DNA of 39,838 bases from Candidatus Peregrinibacteria bacterium (GTDB lineage Bacteria; Patescibacteriota; Gracilibacteria; UBA1369; LOWO2-01-FULL-3): assembly GCA_016235895.1 (NCBI GenBank), contig JACRIB010000016.1, positions 1 to 39,838 on the forward strand, given 5' to 3'. The position numbers and the translations under genes were made by a program. This document shows positions 24,725 to 32,230 of this stretch, in pieces (position 1 is the first letter of the stretch; each line of letters starts with the position of its first letter). The notes below the pieces were generated by a model. That model was not told the DNA's origin and searched no databases. It was given only the letters and a program-made list of their open reading frames with translations.

Positions 24725-25943
24725 AAAATATTTGCTGAATTCGGACGGACATTTCGGAAAATTCGGCGGTAGATATGTCCCGGAATTGCTAATTCCAATA
24801 ATGGAAGAATTGCAGAAAGCCTTTTTGCAAGCCAAAAAAGACTCTTCGTTTAAAAAAGATTTGCTGAATTTGTATCACAATTATTCGGGACGCCCCACAC
24901 CGCTCTATTTCTGTGAAAATCTGACAAGAAAAATCGGCGGTGCAAAAATTTATTTAAAAAATGAGGGATTGAATCACACGGGCGCACATAAAATTAATCA
25001 TTGTCTTGGCCAGGCCTTGCTCGCCAAGCGCATGGGCAAAAAAAGGCTTATTGCTGAGACTGGAGCGGGCCAACACGGACTGGCGACAGCGACGGTTGCC
25101 GCAAAATTTGGTTTAAAATGTCGGGTATATATGGGTGCGCGTGATGTGGAAAGACAGCGCCCGAATGTTTTCTGGATGGAACAATTGGGAGCAGAAGTGA
25201 TTCCGGTCAAAGAGGGTGGGCAGATTTTACGTGATGCAATAAATGCAGCTTTGCGCGATCTTATTTCAAATCCTGAAGACACGCATTACTTGCTTGGCAC
25301 AGTCTGTGGGCCGCATCCCTATCCCGTAATTAACACTTATTTCCAAAAAATCGTGGGCGAGGAAGTAAAAAAACAACTCGGTGCTTTGCCGGATTATTTG
25401 GTGGCGTGTGTGGGTGGTGGCAGCAATGCAATGGGGCTTTTTTATAATTTTCTGGATGACAAAAAAGTGCAGATGTTGGCGGTGGAAGCCGGTGGTAAGG
25501 GCATCAAAAAAGAGAAAGGTAAATTTACGCACGCGGCGCGTTTTCAAGCTGGTGAAGTGGGTGTCGTGGAAGGTTTTAAGTCTTATTTTTTACAAAATTC
25601 TGAAGGGCAAATTGAAGAAACTTTTAGCATTTCGGCCGGCCTGGATTATTCCGGCGTTGGCCCACAGTTGGCTTATCTCCATGATATTGGGCGTGTGGAA
25701 TTTACTTATGCGGTGGATGATGAGGTGATGGCAGCTTATAAATTACTGGCAAAAACCGAGGGAATTTTTGCAGCCCTGGAATCAGCTCACGCCGTTGCCG
25801 GAGCAATAAAATTGGCCAAAAATTTGCCGAAAAATAAAACAATCGTGATGAATTGTTCCGGTCGTGGAGACAAGGACCTTTTTATTGTGACGAAAAAATT
25901 AGGTGATGAAAACTTTGCGAATTTTCTAAAAAAACAAGCATGA
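24711..25943 (+). CDS. trpB: tryptophan synthase beta chain
   Basis: HTGAHKINH (PLP lysine), GAGQHG and GGGSNAMG. Confidence 0.95.
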   Translation: MNSLKKYLLNSDGHFGKFGGRYVPELLIPIMEELQKAFLQAKKDSSFKKDLLNLYHNYSGRPTPLYFCENLTRKIGGAKIYLKNEGLNHTGAHKINHCLGQALLAKRMGKKRLIAETGAGQHGLATATVAAKFGLKCRVYMGARDVERQRPNVFWMEQLGAEVIPVKEGGQILRDAINAALRDLISNPEDTHYLLGTVCGPHPYPVINTYFQKIVGEEVKKQLGALPDYLVACVGGGSNAMGLFYNFLDDKKVQMLAVEAGGKGIKKEKGKFTHAARFQAGEVGVVEGFKSYFLQNSEGQIEETFSISAGLDYSGVGPQLAYLHDIGRVEFTYAVDDEVMAAYKLLAKTEGIFAALESAHAVAGAIKLAKNLPKNKTIVMNCSGRGDKDLFIVTKKLGDENFANFLKKQA

Positions 25944-26716
25944 AAAAATTGATGACGCACATTGTGGCAGGTTATCCTAGCCTGAAAAAGAGTGAGGAAT
26001 TATTGCGTTTAATGGCCAAGAATGGCGCGGATTTCATAGAGATCCAGATCCCTTTTTCTGATCCTGTAGCCGATGGACCGACTATTATGCAGGCGAATCA
26101 AAAGTCACTGGAGGCCGGGACGAAAGTAGAAGATTGTTTTGAATTGATGAAGAAGATGACAAAAATTGGCAGTGAAACGAAGTTTTTATTTATGACCTAT
26201 TTCAATATTCTACACCACTACGGCGTGGAAAAGTTTTGCAGTAGAGCAGCCAAGTGTGGCTGTTATGGCTTGATTGTTCCGGATATGCCGATTGACGAAG
26301 AGGCTCAAGAGCATTACCTGAAAAATTGTAGGAAACATGGGCTGGCGCCTATTCAGATAATCTCGCCTCTCACGCCTGAACGCAGATTAAAAATGATCGC
26401 AAAGGTAGCCGCGCACCCCGCGCGGCATGGAGCCTTGGCATCAGCCGAAGGATTTGTGTATTGCGTTTCGAGATTTGGCACAACTGGACAGGAAAGTAAG
26501 CTCAATCCGCAGCTTAGTTCTTATTTGAAAAAAGTAAAAAAACACATAAAAGTGCCACTGGCTGTTGGCTTTGGAATATCAAATAAAGCCCATGTGGAAG
26601 CTGTTTGGAAGGAGGCTGATATTGCTGTTGTCGGGTCCAAAATTATCAATATTTTGAATGAGAATAGTGGAGATTTGAAGAAGTTGGAGGAGTTCGTGAA
26701 GGGTTTAAAATTGTAA
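25940..26716 (+). CDS. trpA: tryptophan synthase alpha chain
   Basis: EIQIPFSDPVADGPTI, YCVSRFGTTG and GFGIS. Confidence 0.9.
   Translation: MKKLMTHIVAGYPSLKKSEELLRLMAKNGADFIEIQIPFSDPVADGPTIMQANQKSLEAGTKVEDCFELMKKMTKIGSETKFLFMTYFNILHHYGVEKFCSRAAKCGCYGLIVPDMPIDEEAQEHYLKNCRKHGLAPIQIISPLTPERRLKMIAKVAAHPARHGALASAEGFVYCVSRFGTTGQESKLNPQLSSYLKKVKKHIKVPLAVGFGISNKAHVEAVWKEADIAVVGSKIINILNENSGDLKKLEEFVKGLKL
26408..26445. repeat. GC-rich hairpin-containing insert inside trpA
   Basis: CCGCGC-ACCCC-GCGCGG hairpin (26408-26424). CATGGAGCCTTGGCATCAGCC (26425-26445) matches intergenic 12144-12164 at 17 of 21 positions. Confidence 0.6.
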
Positions 26717-26758
26717 TTTCCAATTGTCTTTTTTTGGCTTACGCTATACATTATTCAC

Positions 26759-27622
26759 ATGTTATCAGCAAAAGACTGGAAAGATTTCGAACTACTGGAT
26801 CTGGGCGCGGGAGATAAACTGGAGCGTTGGGGTGGTTTTATTTTGCAAAGACCGGATCCGCAAGTGATTTGGCCGGAGAAAGGAAATGCTAAACTCTGGG
26901 CAAAAGCAGACGCAATTTATCATCGCAGTGAGGCCGGTGGCGGCAAGTGGGAATTTAAAAAACAGTTACCGGAGAGGTGGACTGTTGCCTACAAAAATCT
27001 GAAATTTTACGTAAAAACAATGGGTTTCAAACACACCGGTTTATTCCCTGAACAAGCGGTAAATTGGGATTTCATGATGGAAAAAATTAAAGCGGCAAAA
27101 CGTCCGATCAATGTGCTAAATCTTTTTGCTTATACCGGTGCGGCGTCGGTAGCCTGCGCGGCTGCGGGTGCGTCCGTATGCCATGTGGACGCGGCGAAAG
27201 AAATGGTTAGGCGGGCAAAAGAAAATTTGGAACTTTCCGGATTGAAAGAAAAACCGGTGCGCTTTATCACTGATGACGTAATCAAATTTGTAAAACGTGA
27301 AATTCGTCGCGGTCGAAAATATGATGGCATTGTGATGGATCCCCCATCGTTTGGGCGCGGTCCGAGTGGTGAATTATGGAAATTGGAAAATCAGCTTTAT
27401 GGCTTGATTGAGCTGTGCGCGCAGGTTCTTTCGGACAAACCAATTTTCTTTTTAATCAATTCTTACACCACCGGTTTCGCGCCCGGAATTCTCGAAAATC
27501 TTTTAAAAATTCAGGTGAGCAGTAAACATGGTGGAAAAGTTTCTTCCGACGCGCTGGGTTTGCCTGTTAGTTCTTCAAATTTAGTACTTCCGTGTGGAAT
27601 AGTGGCGAGATGGGAAGCTTAA
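26759..27622 (+). CDS. class I SAM-dependent methyltransferase (RlmI/YwbD-like catalytic domain)
   Basis: LNLFAYTGAAS (motif I) and VMDPPSF (motif IV). Confidence 0.7.
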   Translation: MLSAKDWKDFELLDLGAGDKLERWGGFILQRPDPQVIWPEKGNAKLWAKADAIYHRSEAGGGKWEFKKQLPERWTVAYKNLKFYVKTMGFKHTGLFPEQAVNWDFMMEKIKAAKRPINVLNLFAYTGAASVACAAAGASVCHVDAAKEMVRRAKENLELSGLKEKPVRFITDDVIKFVKREIRRGRKYDGIVMDPPSFGRGPSGELWKLENQLYGLIELCAQVLSDKPIFFLINSYTTGFAPGILENLLKIQVSSKHGGKVSSDALGLPVSSSNLVLPCGIVARWEA

Positions 27623-27644
27623 GCGTACTGATGAATCAATTATC

Positions 27645-27667
27645 TACCGCTGGCGGTACGTTTTATT
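27645..27667 (+). terminator. rho-independent terminator of the methyltransferase gene
   Basis: TACCGCTGGCGGTA palindrome followed by CGTTTTATT. Confidence 0.55.
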
Positions 27668-27700
27668 CTGGAAATAGTGCGTTTTTCGGATTATTTCTGG

Positions 27701-27723
27701 AATAAAATGCCGTCCCGGGACGG
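27701..27723 (-). terminator. rho-independent terminator of the membrane-protein gene
   Basis: CCGTCCCGGGACGG palindrome, followed on the minus strand by CATTTTATT. Confidence 0.55.
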
Positions 27724-27747
27724 ACTGACCAAATAGTTCTAAAAATT

Positions 27748-28287
27748 TTACTTCTTGTGACGATGCAAATTTTTGATTAGATAGTAGCCCGAGAAAAGCG
27801 CAAAAAACACATTAAGCCAGAAAAACACCCAACTGGCTTCCAGATAACTAAAAACGGCAATCAAGATGCTGCCTAAAGTAAGGGCGACATCACGTCTTAG
27901 CGTGCCATTATTAAAAGCATAACCAAAACCTATTCCAGCAAGTCCGAGGATGAATATAACCGTATTGTAACCTTGAAAAAGATAGAGTGACCAAATAATC
28001 AGGCCCAAACTTCCGATGCTTATGACGACCGCATCAATCCTGTCATCCAAATTCAACATCATCATGAGGCTTGCCAATGTGACTAAAACTTCCAAGAAAA
28101 CAAAAAATATCGGTCCCCCTTGTTGATAGCCGAGAAATGAATAAAGTAGCATCACCAAGCCGCCAATTGCGAAGAGCCAATTCTTCATGGACTTTACAGG
28201 GTGCTTGGCTTCGCCAACATTTGGCCAGGCGGCGCCTGAAACTAAAATCAAAGACCCTATAAGTCCGGTAAGAAAAATAATGTCCAT
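27748..28287 (-). CDS. integral membrane protein, unknown function
   Basis: 179 aa with about 5-6 hydrophobic spans. Confidence 0.55.
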   Translation of the reverse strand: MDIIFLTGLIGSLILVSGAAWPNVGEAKHPVKSMKNWLFAIGGLVMLLYSFLGYQQGGPIFFVFLEVLVTLASLMMMLNLDDRIDAVVISIGSLGLIIWSLYLFQGYNTVIFILGLAGIGFGYAFNNGTLRRDVALTLGSILIAVFSYLEASWVFFWLNVFFALFSGYYLIKNLHRHKK

Positions 28288-28431
28288 GGAGTTTGAGGTT
28301 AAAATATCTTTAGTTTTATAACATAATCTTGGACTTACCTCAATCTGTTTTCTGAAAATTTTCAGCGTGCAAACATTTACATTTAAAACCCAGAGTGTAC
28401 ATTTGAAATATGTTTTTTTAATCTAAAAAAT

Positions 28432-29634
28432 ATGAGTACGGTTTTAATTATCGGAGCGGGAGGTGTAGGGGGAGTTGTGGCGCATAAATGCGCGCAAAAT
28501 ATGGATGTTTTTACCAAAATTGTGATGGCCAGTCGTACGCTTTCCAAGGTTCAAAAAATCGCCGATGATATTGGCGGAAACAAAGTTGAGCCAATGCAAG
28601 TGGATGCGGATAATGTGCCGGAATTAGTAGCTCTGATTAAAAAAGTGCAACCTTCATTAGTGATAAATGTGGCTTTGCCATATCAAGATTTGCACATCAT
28701 GGATGCTTGCTTGGAAACGGGTGTGAATTATATGGACACGGCGAATTATGAACCGCCGGACGTGGCAAAATTCGAATATAAATGGCAATGGGCTTATCAG
28801 GATAGATTTAAAGAGAAAGGAATAATGGCTTTACTCGGCTCCGGATTCGACCCTGGTGTGACAAATGTTTTTTGTGCATATGCGCAAAAATATTTATTTG
28901 ATGAAATTGAAACGGTGGATATTTTGGATGCCAATGGTGGTGATCATGGTCATCCTTTTGCGACAAATTTCAATCCGGAAATTAATATTCGCGAAGTAAC
29001 GGCCAAGGGTCGCTACTTTGAGAATGGCGAATGGAAGGAAACAGAGCCGCTTTCGGTTCATCAGGCTTTTAATTTTGAAGGAATTGGTCCGAAAGAAATG
29101 TATGTGATGTATCACGAAGAGATGGAGTCGCTTTCGAAGAATATTAAAGGTGTAAAAAGAATGAGATTTTTTATGACTTTTGGAGAAAAATATCTGACTC
29201 ATTTAAAAGTTTTGGAGAATGTGGGAATGACCAGAATTGATCCTGTGATGTACGAGGGGCATCCGGTTGTGCCATTGCAATTTTTGAAGGCGGTATTGCC
29301 GGATCCCGCTTCGCTGGGCCCTACTACTAAAGGAAAAACAAACATCGGCTGTATCATTAAAGGCAAGAAAGATGGCGTGGAAAAACGTGTTTATATCTAC
29401 AATATTTGCGACCATGAAGAATGTTACAAAGAAGTAAAAAGTCAGGCGATTTCTTACACTACCGGTGTGCCGGCGATGATTGGCGCCAAGATGATTTTGA
29501 CCGGTGCCTGGAAAGGTACCGGAGTCTTCAATATGGAAGAATTTGATGCCAAGCCGTTCATGGATGAATTGAATTTGCGCGGTTTGCCCTGGGTAGTAAA
29601 AGAGCTGAAGCCGGACGAATGTGTGGTGCAATAA
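28432..29634 (+). CDS. saccharopine-dehydrogenase-family enzyme, likely carboxynorspermidine synthase
   Basis: IIGAGGVGG Rossmann start, about 400 aa, directly upstream of an nspC-like gene. Confidence 0.8.
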   Translation: MSTVLIIGAGGVGGVVAHKCAQNMDVFTKIVMASRTLSKVQKIADDIGGNKVEPMQVDADNVPELVALIKKVQPSLVINVALPYQDLHIMDACLETGVNYMDTANYEPPDVAKFEYKWQWAYQDRFKEKGIMALLGSGFDPGVTNVFCAYAQKYLFDEIETVDILDANGGDHGHPFATNFNPEINIREVTAKGRYFENGEWKETEPLSVHQAFNFEGIGPKEMYVMYHEEMESLSKNIKGVKRMRFFMTFGEKYLTHLKVLENVGMTRIDPVMYEGHPVVPLQFLKAVLPDPASLGPTTKGKTNIGCIIKGKKDGVEKRVYIYNICDHEECYKEVKSQAISYTTGVPAMIGAKMILTGAWKGTGVFNMEEFDAKPFMDELNLRGLPWVVKELKPDECVVQ

Positions 29635-29658
29635 ACTAATTTTTGTTAGATTGGTTTC

Positions 29659-30873
29659 ATGAAAAAGAGACCTTCATCGACTTTAGATTCGTCCAAAGTG
29701 CAAACTCCGGTTTTTGTAATTGAGGATGAGCTTTTGAAACACAATTTGGAGCGACTAAAATATGTGAAAGATCGATCCGGTTGTAAAATTTTTCTCGCGA
29801 TGAAGGCTTGGGCGACCTGGCCGCTGTTTAAAATGGTGAAAAAATACTTGAATGGCAGCGAAGTGAGTTCTTTGAATGAGGCGCGTCTTGGTTTTGAAAA
29901 ATTTGGACCGGAAGTGCATATTTATTCACCGGCCTATAAATCTACTGAATTTGATGAGATTCTAAAGAATTGCAGTCATATAATCTTTAATTCATTTGGT
30001 CAATGGTGGCAATTTCGCCATCAGGTTGAGAAATTTTCCAAAAAACACAGAAAAAACATAGAATGCGGTTTACGCATCAATCCGGAGGTGAATATGGGTG
30101 CGGACGCCGGTGACATGTATAATCCTTGCGCGCCCGATTCGCGTCTGGGGGTGCGTTTTGGAGAGTTTGAAAAAGTGCTAAAAAACGATCAAAAAGCTTT
30201 GGAAGGTCTTTCGGGAATTCATTTTCATATCTTTTTTGAAAAAGACGAGCAAGATTTGGAAAAAGTTCTGCCACAAATTGAAAAAAAATTCGGCAAATAT
30301 TTTAAACAGCTAAAATGGGTAAATTTTGGTGGCGGACAGAAAATTACCGACGATAATTATGACGTAGAGAAATTAATTAGTCTTATAAAGAATTTCAAAA
30401 AGCGTTACGGCGTGCAAGTTCACTTGGAACCGGGAGCGGCCGTAGTGTGGCAAACGGGCATTTTAGTGGCTTCGGTTTTGGATATTGTGGAAAGGGATGG
30501 CGTAGCTTATAAAATCCCGATTTTGGACATTTCTTTCGAGGCGCATCTGATGGATTTCGTGCTAAGCCCTGATTTGGAATTGCGGATACGCGGAGCAGGT
30601 GGCGAAAAGAAATATAAAAACATTTATCAGTTTGGCGGCTGTACTTGTCTGGCCGGAGATAAACTCTCGCAGCTGTACAGTTTTCCTAAGGAATTAAAAG
30701 TTGGTGACAAAATTGTGATTGAAGATGGAATTCAATATTCATTGGTAAAAGTTACGATGTTTAATGGTGTACAGCATCCGGATATCGTGCTGTGGAAAAA
30801 GGCCGGTAAAGAATATATTCCAAAACTGATCCGTAGATTTGGTTATGAAGATTTCAAGAAGAGGATGGGGTGA
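29659..30873 (+). CDS. nspC: carboxynorspermidine/carboxyspermidine decarboxylase
   Basis: Size and layout of a PLP-dependent alanine-racemase-fold decarboxylase (NFGGGQ, LEPGAAVV), plus pairing with the upstream dehydrogenase. Confidence 0.8.
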   Translation: MKKRPSSTLDSSKVQTPVFVIEDELLKHNLERLKYVKDRSGCKIFLAMKAWATWPLFKMVKKYLNGSEVSSLNEARLGFEKFGPEVHIYSPAYKSTEFDEILKNCSHIIFNSFGQWWQFRHQVEKFSKKHRKNIECGLRINPEVNMGADAGDMYNPCAPDSRLGVRFGEFEKVLKNDQKALEGLSGIHFHIFFEKDEQDLEKVLPQIEKKFGKYFKQLKWVNFGGGQKITDDNYDVEKLISLIKNFKKRYGVQVHLEPGAAVVWQTGILVASVLDIVERDGVAYKIPILDISFEAHLMDFVLSPDLELRIRGAGGEKKYKNIYQFGGCTCLAGDKLSQLYSFPKELKVGDKIVIEDGIQYSLVKVTMFNGVQHPDIVLWKKAGKEYIPKLIRRFGYEDFKKRMG

Positions 30874-30887
30874 TATGGATAAACAAT

Positions 30888-30909
30888 GCCCCCGACGAAA
30901 TGTCGGGGC
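30888..30909. terminator. hairpin between nspC and tRNA-Ser (possible bidirectional terminator)
   Basis: CCCCGAC-GAAAT-GTCGGGG (7-bp stem). Confidence 0.45.
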
Positions 30910-30912
30910 TGC

Positions 30913-31006
30913 TGGCGGAGAGGGAGAGATTCGAACTCTCGCTAGGGGTTAACCCCCTACTACAGGATTAGCAATCCCGCCCCTTCAGCCACTTGGGTAC
31001 CTCTCC
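30913..31006 (-). tRNA. tRNA-Ser (anticodon GCU), CCA encoded
   Basis: Folded by hand. Acceptor GGAGAGG/CCTCTCC, anticodon loop TTGCTAA, long variable arm, T-arm GAGAG-TTCGAAT-CTCTC, 3' GCCA. Confidence 0.9.
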
Positions 31007-31093
31007 CGACTAATTCCTACTTGTCAAAAGCGTAGACACTATAAGAAAAAGCCTATTTAAAGTCTAGGGGATTTCGCCGATGATCCGGGAAAA

Positions 31094-31504
31094 CTATTTC
31101 TTTTTATTTAACTCTTTTATCTTATCGCGCCACTTGTCTGCTTCATCCCGAAAAACGGTACATTGTTTATGGCCGGCGAAAAATGCGTCCAGGGCCTTTT
31201 CCTTGCATTCTTTTTTCTGTTTTTCGGTCATCCATGTCGACTTGTTACAGGCATTTATTTCATCATGATAAGTTTGCTCGAATTTGTAGACACATCTGTT
31301 AAACAGTAAATCCCAAAATTGCATTTCCTCGGTGTATGTTTTTATAAGATCGGCCTTGGTTTGTCCGGTTCGGTCTTGATTGCCCTGACCTCCTTTAGTG
31401 CCGGTACTGGGATTATCCCCATATGCAGGCGCACTATTCGCTAGCGCCATTGCGACGATGAAAGCGACCAGTGTCAAATATTTGCCGAAAGAATGTTTTT
31501 TCAT
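31094..31504 (-). CDS. secreted Cys-containing protein, unknown function
   Basis: Signal-peptide-like N-terminus (MKKHSFGKYLTLVAFIVAMALANSAPAYG). Confidence 0.55.
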   Translation of the reverse strand: MKKHSFGKYLTLVAFIVAMALANSAPAYGDNPSTGTKGGQGNQDRTGQTKADLIKTYTEEMQFWDLLFNRCVYKFEQTYHDEINACNKSTWMTEKQKKECKEKALDAFFAGHKQCTVFRDEADKWRDKIKELNKKK

Positions 31505-31540
31505 GCGCCAACCTTATCACTGTTCGGCAAAATAGCGCAA

Positions 31541-31561
31541 GCCCTGCCTATGGCAGACAGG
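31541..31561. repeat. intergenic member of the CCTGCC...GGCAG palindromic family
   Basis: GCCCTGCC-TAT-GGCAG-ACAGG. Confidence 0.45.
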
Positions 31562-31651
31562 TACTATACTACCGGAACTTTGCGGCTGGACGTAAGATTG
31601 GACTGGCTGACTGATTTGATGCAAAAAGAGCATTTTACAACCTTACTAAAT

Positions 31652-31792
31652 CTAAATTAATTCATCATACAATTCCTGAATCTGTTTTTTAAGCCATGGA
31701 ATTTGAGAATATTGTTTTCGAAATGACGGAGGAAGATTTTTCACGGCTTCTCCAATAATTTCTACACGTCTAATGATAGCATCCTGCATCAT
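31652..31792 (-). pseudogene. HEPN/DUF86 (HepT-like) fragment
   Basis: The translation MMQDAIIRRVEIIGEAVKNLPPSFRKQYSQIPW matches the central DUF86 motif. The N-terminal third and the RxxxxH catalytic motif are missing. Confidence 0.55.
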
Positions 31793-32012
31793 TTTCATTT
31801 GTACAAACTTTTCTATTAATACTGGCTTCCAGAGTTGTTTTTAAATGTGCCAATTCTAGCAAGCCAATAGTTTTACTGAATTTTACAAGTAAATCCAAAT
31901 CACTTGTTTTTTTTTCGTTTCCAGTTGCAAATGATCCAAAAATTGCTGCTTTGGTAACACCTTGGCTTTTTAGAATGGGGATAATTCTTTTTTTGATTAC
32001 TTGAATGGTCAT
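31770..32012 (-). CDS. MNT-type nucleotidyltransferase (MntA-like antitoxin) with aberrant C-terminus
   Basis: GSFATGNEKKTSDLDLLV minimal nucleotidyltransferase motif. After RKV the sequence diverges and overlaps the HEPN fragment out of frame. The Met at 32012 is preferred as the start. Confidence 0.6.
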   Translation of the reverse strand: MTIQVIKKRIIPILKSQGVTKAAIFGSFATGNEKKTSDLDLLVKFSKTIGLLELAHLKTTLEASINRKVCTNENDAGCYH

Positions 32013-32114
32013 GTAGTGAGTATAGCAATAGCCATCAATGCTTGTAAATTGATTACTAACCGATTCTAACAAAAGAAAACTATGTGCCGTGTCCACTTTT
32101 TGGGGTACAGATCA

Positions 32115-32204
32115 TGGCGGAGAGAGAGGGATTCGAACCCCCGAGGAGCTTGCGCCCCTAACGGTTTTCAAGACCGTCGCTTTCGACCGCTCAGCCATCT
32201 CTCC
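32115..32204 (-). tRNA. tRNA-Ser (anticodon UGA), CCA encoded
   Basis: Folded by hand. Acceptor GGAGAGA/TCTCTCC, anticodon arm ACGGT-CTTGAAA-ACCGT, long variable arm, TTCGAAT T-loop. Confidence 0.9.
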
Positions 32205-32230
32205 CGAATTTTATAAGCTCGCGTAATATA

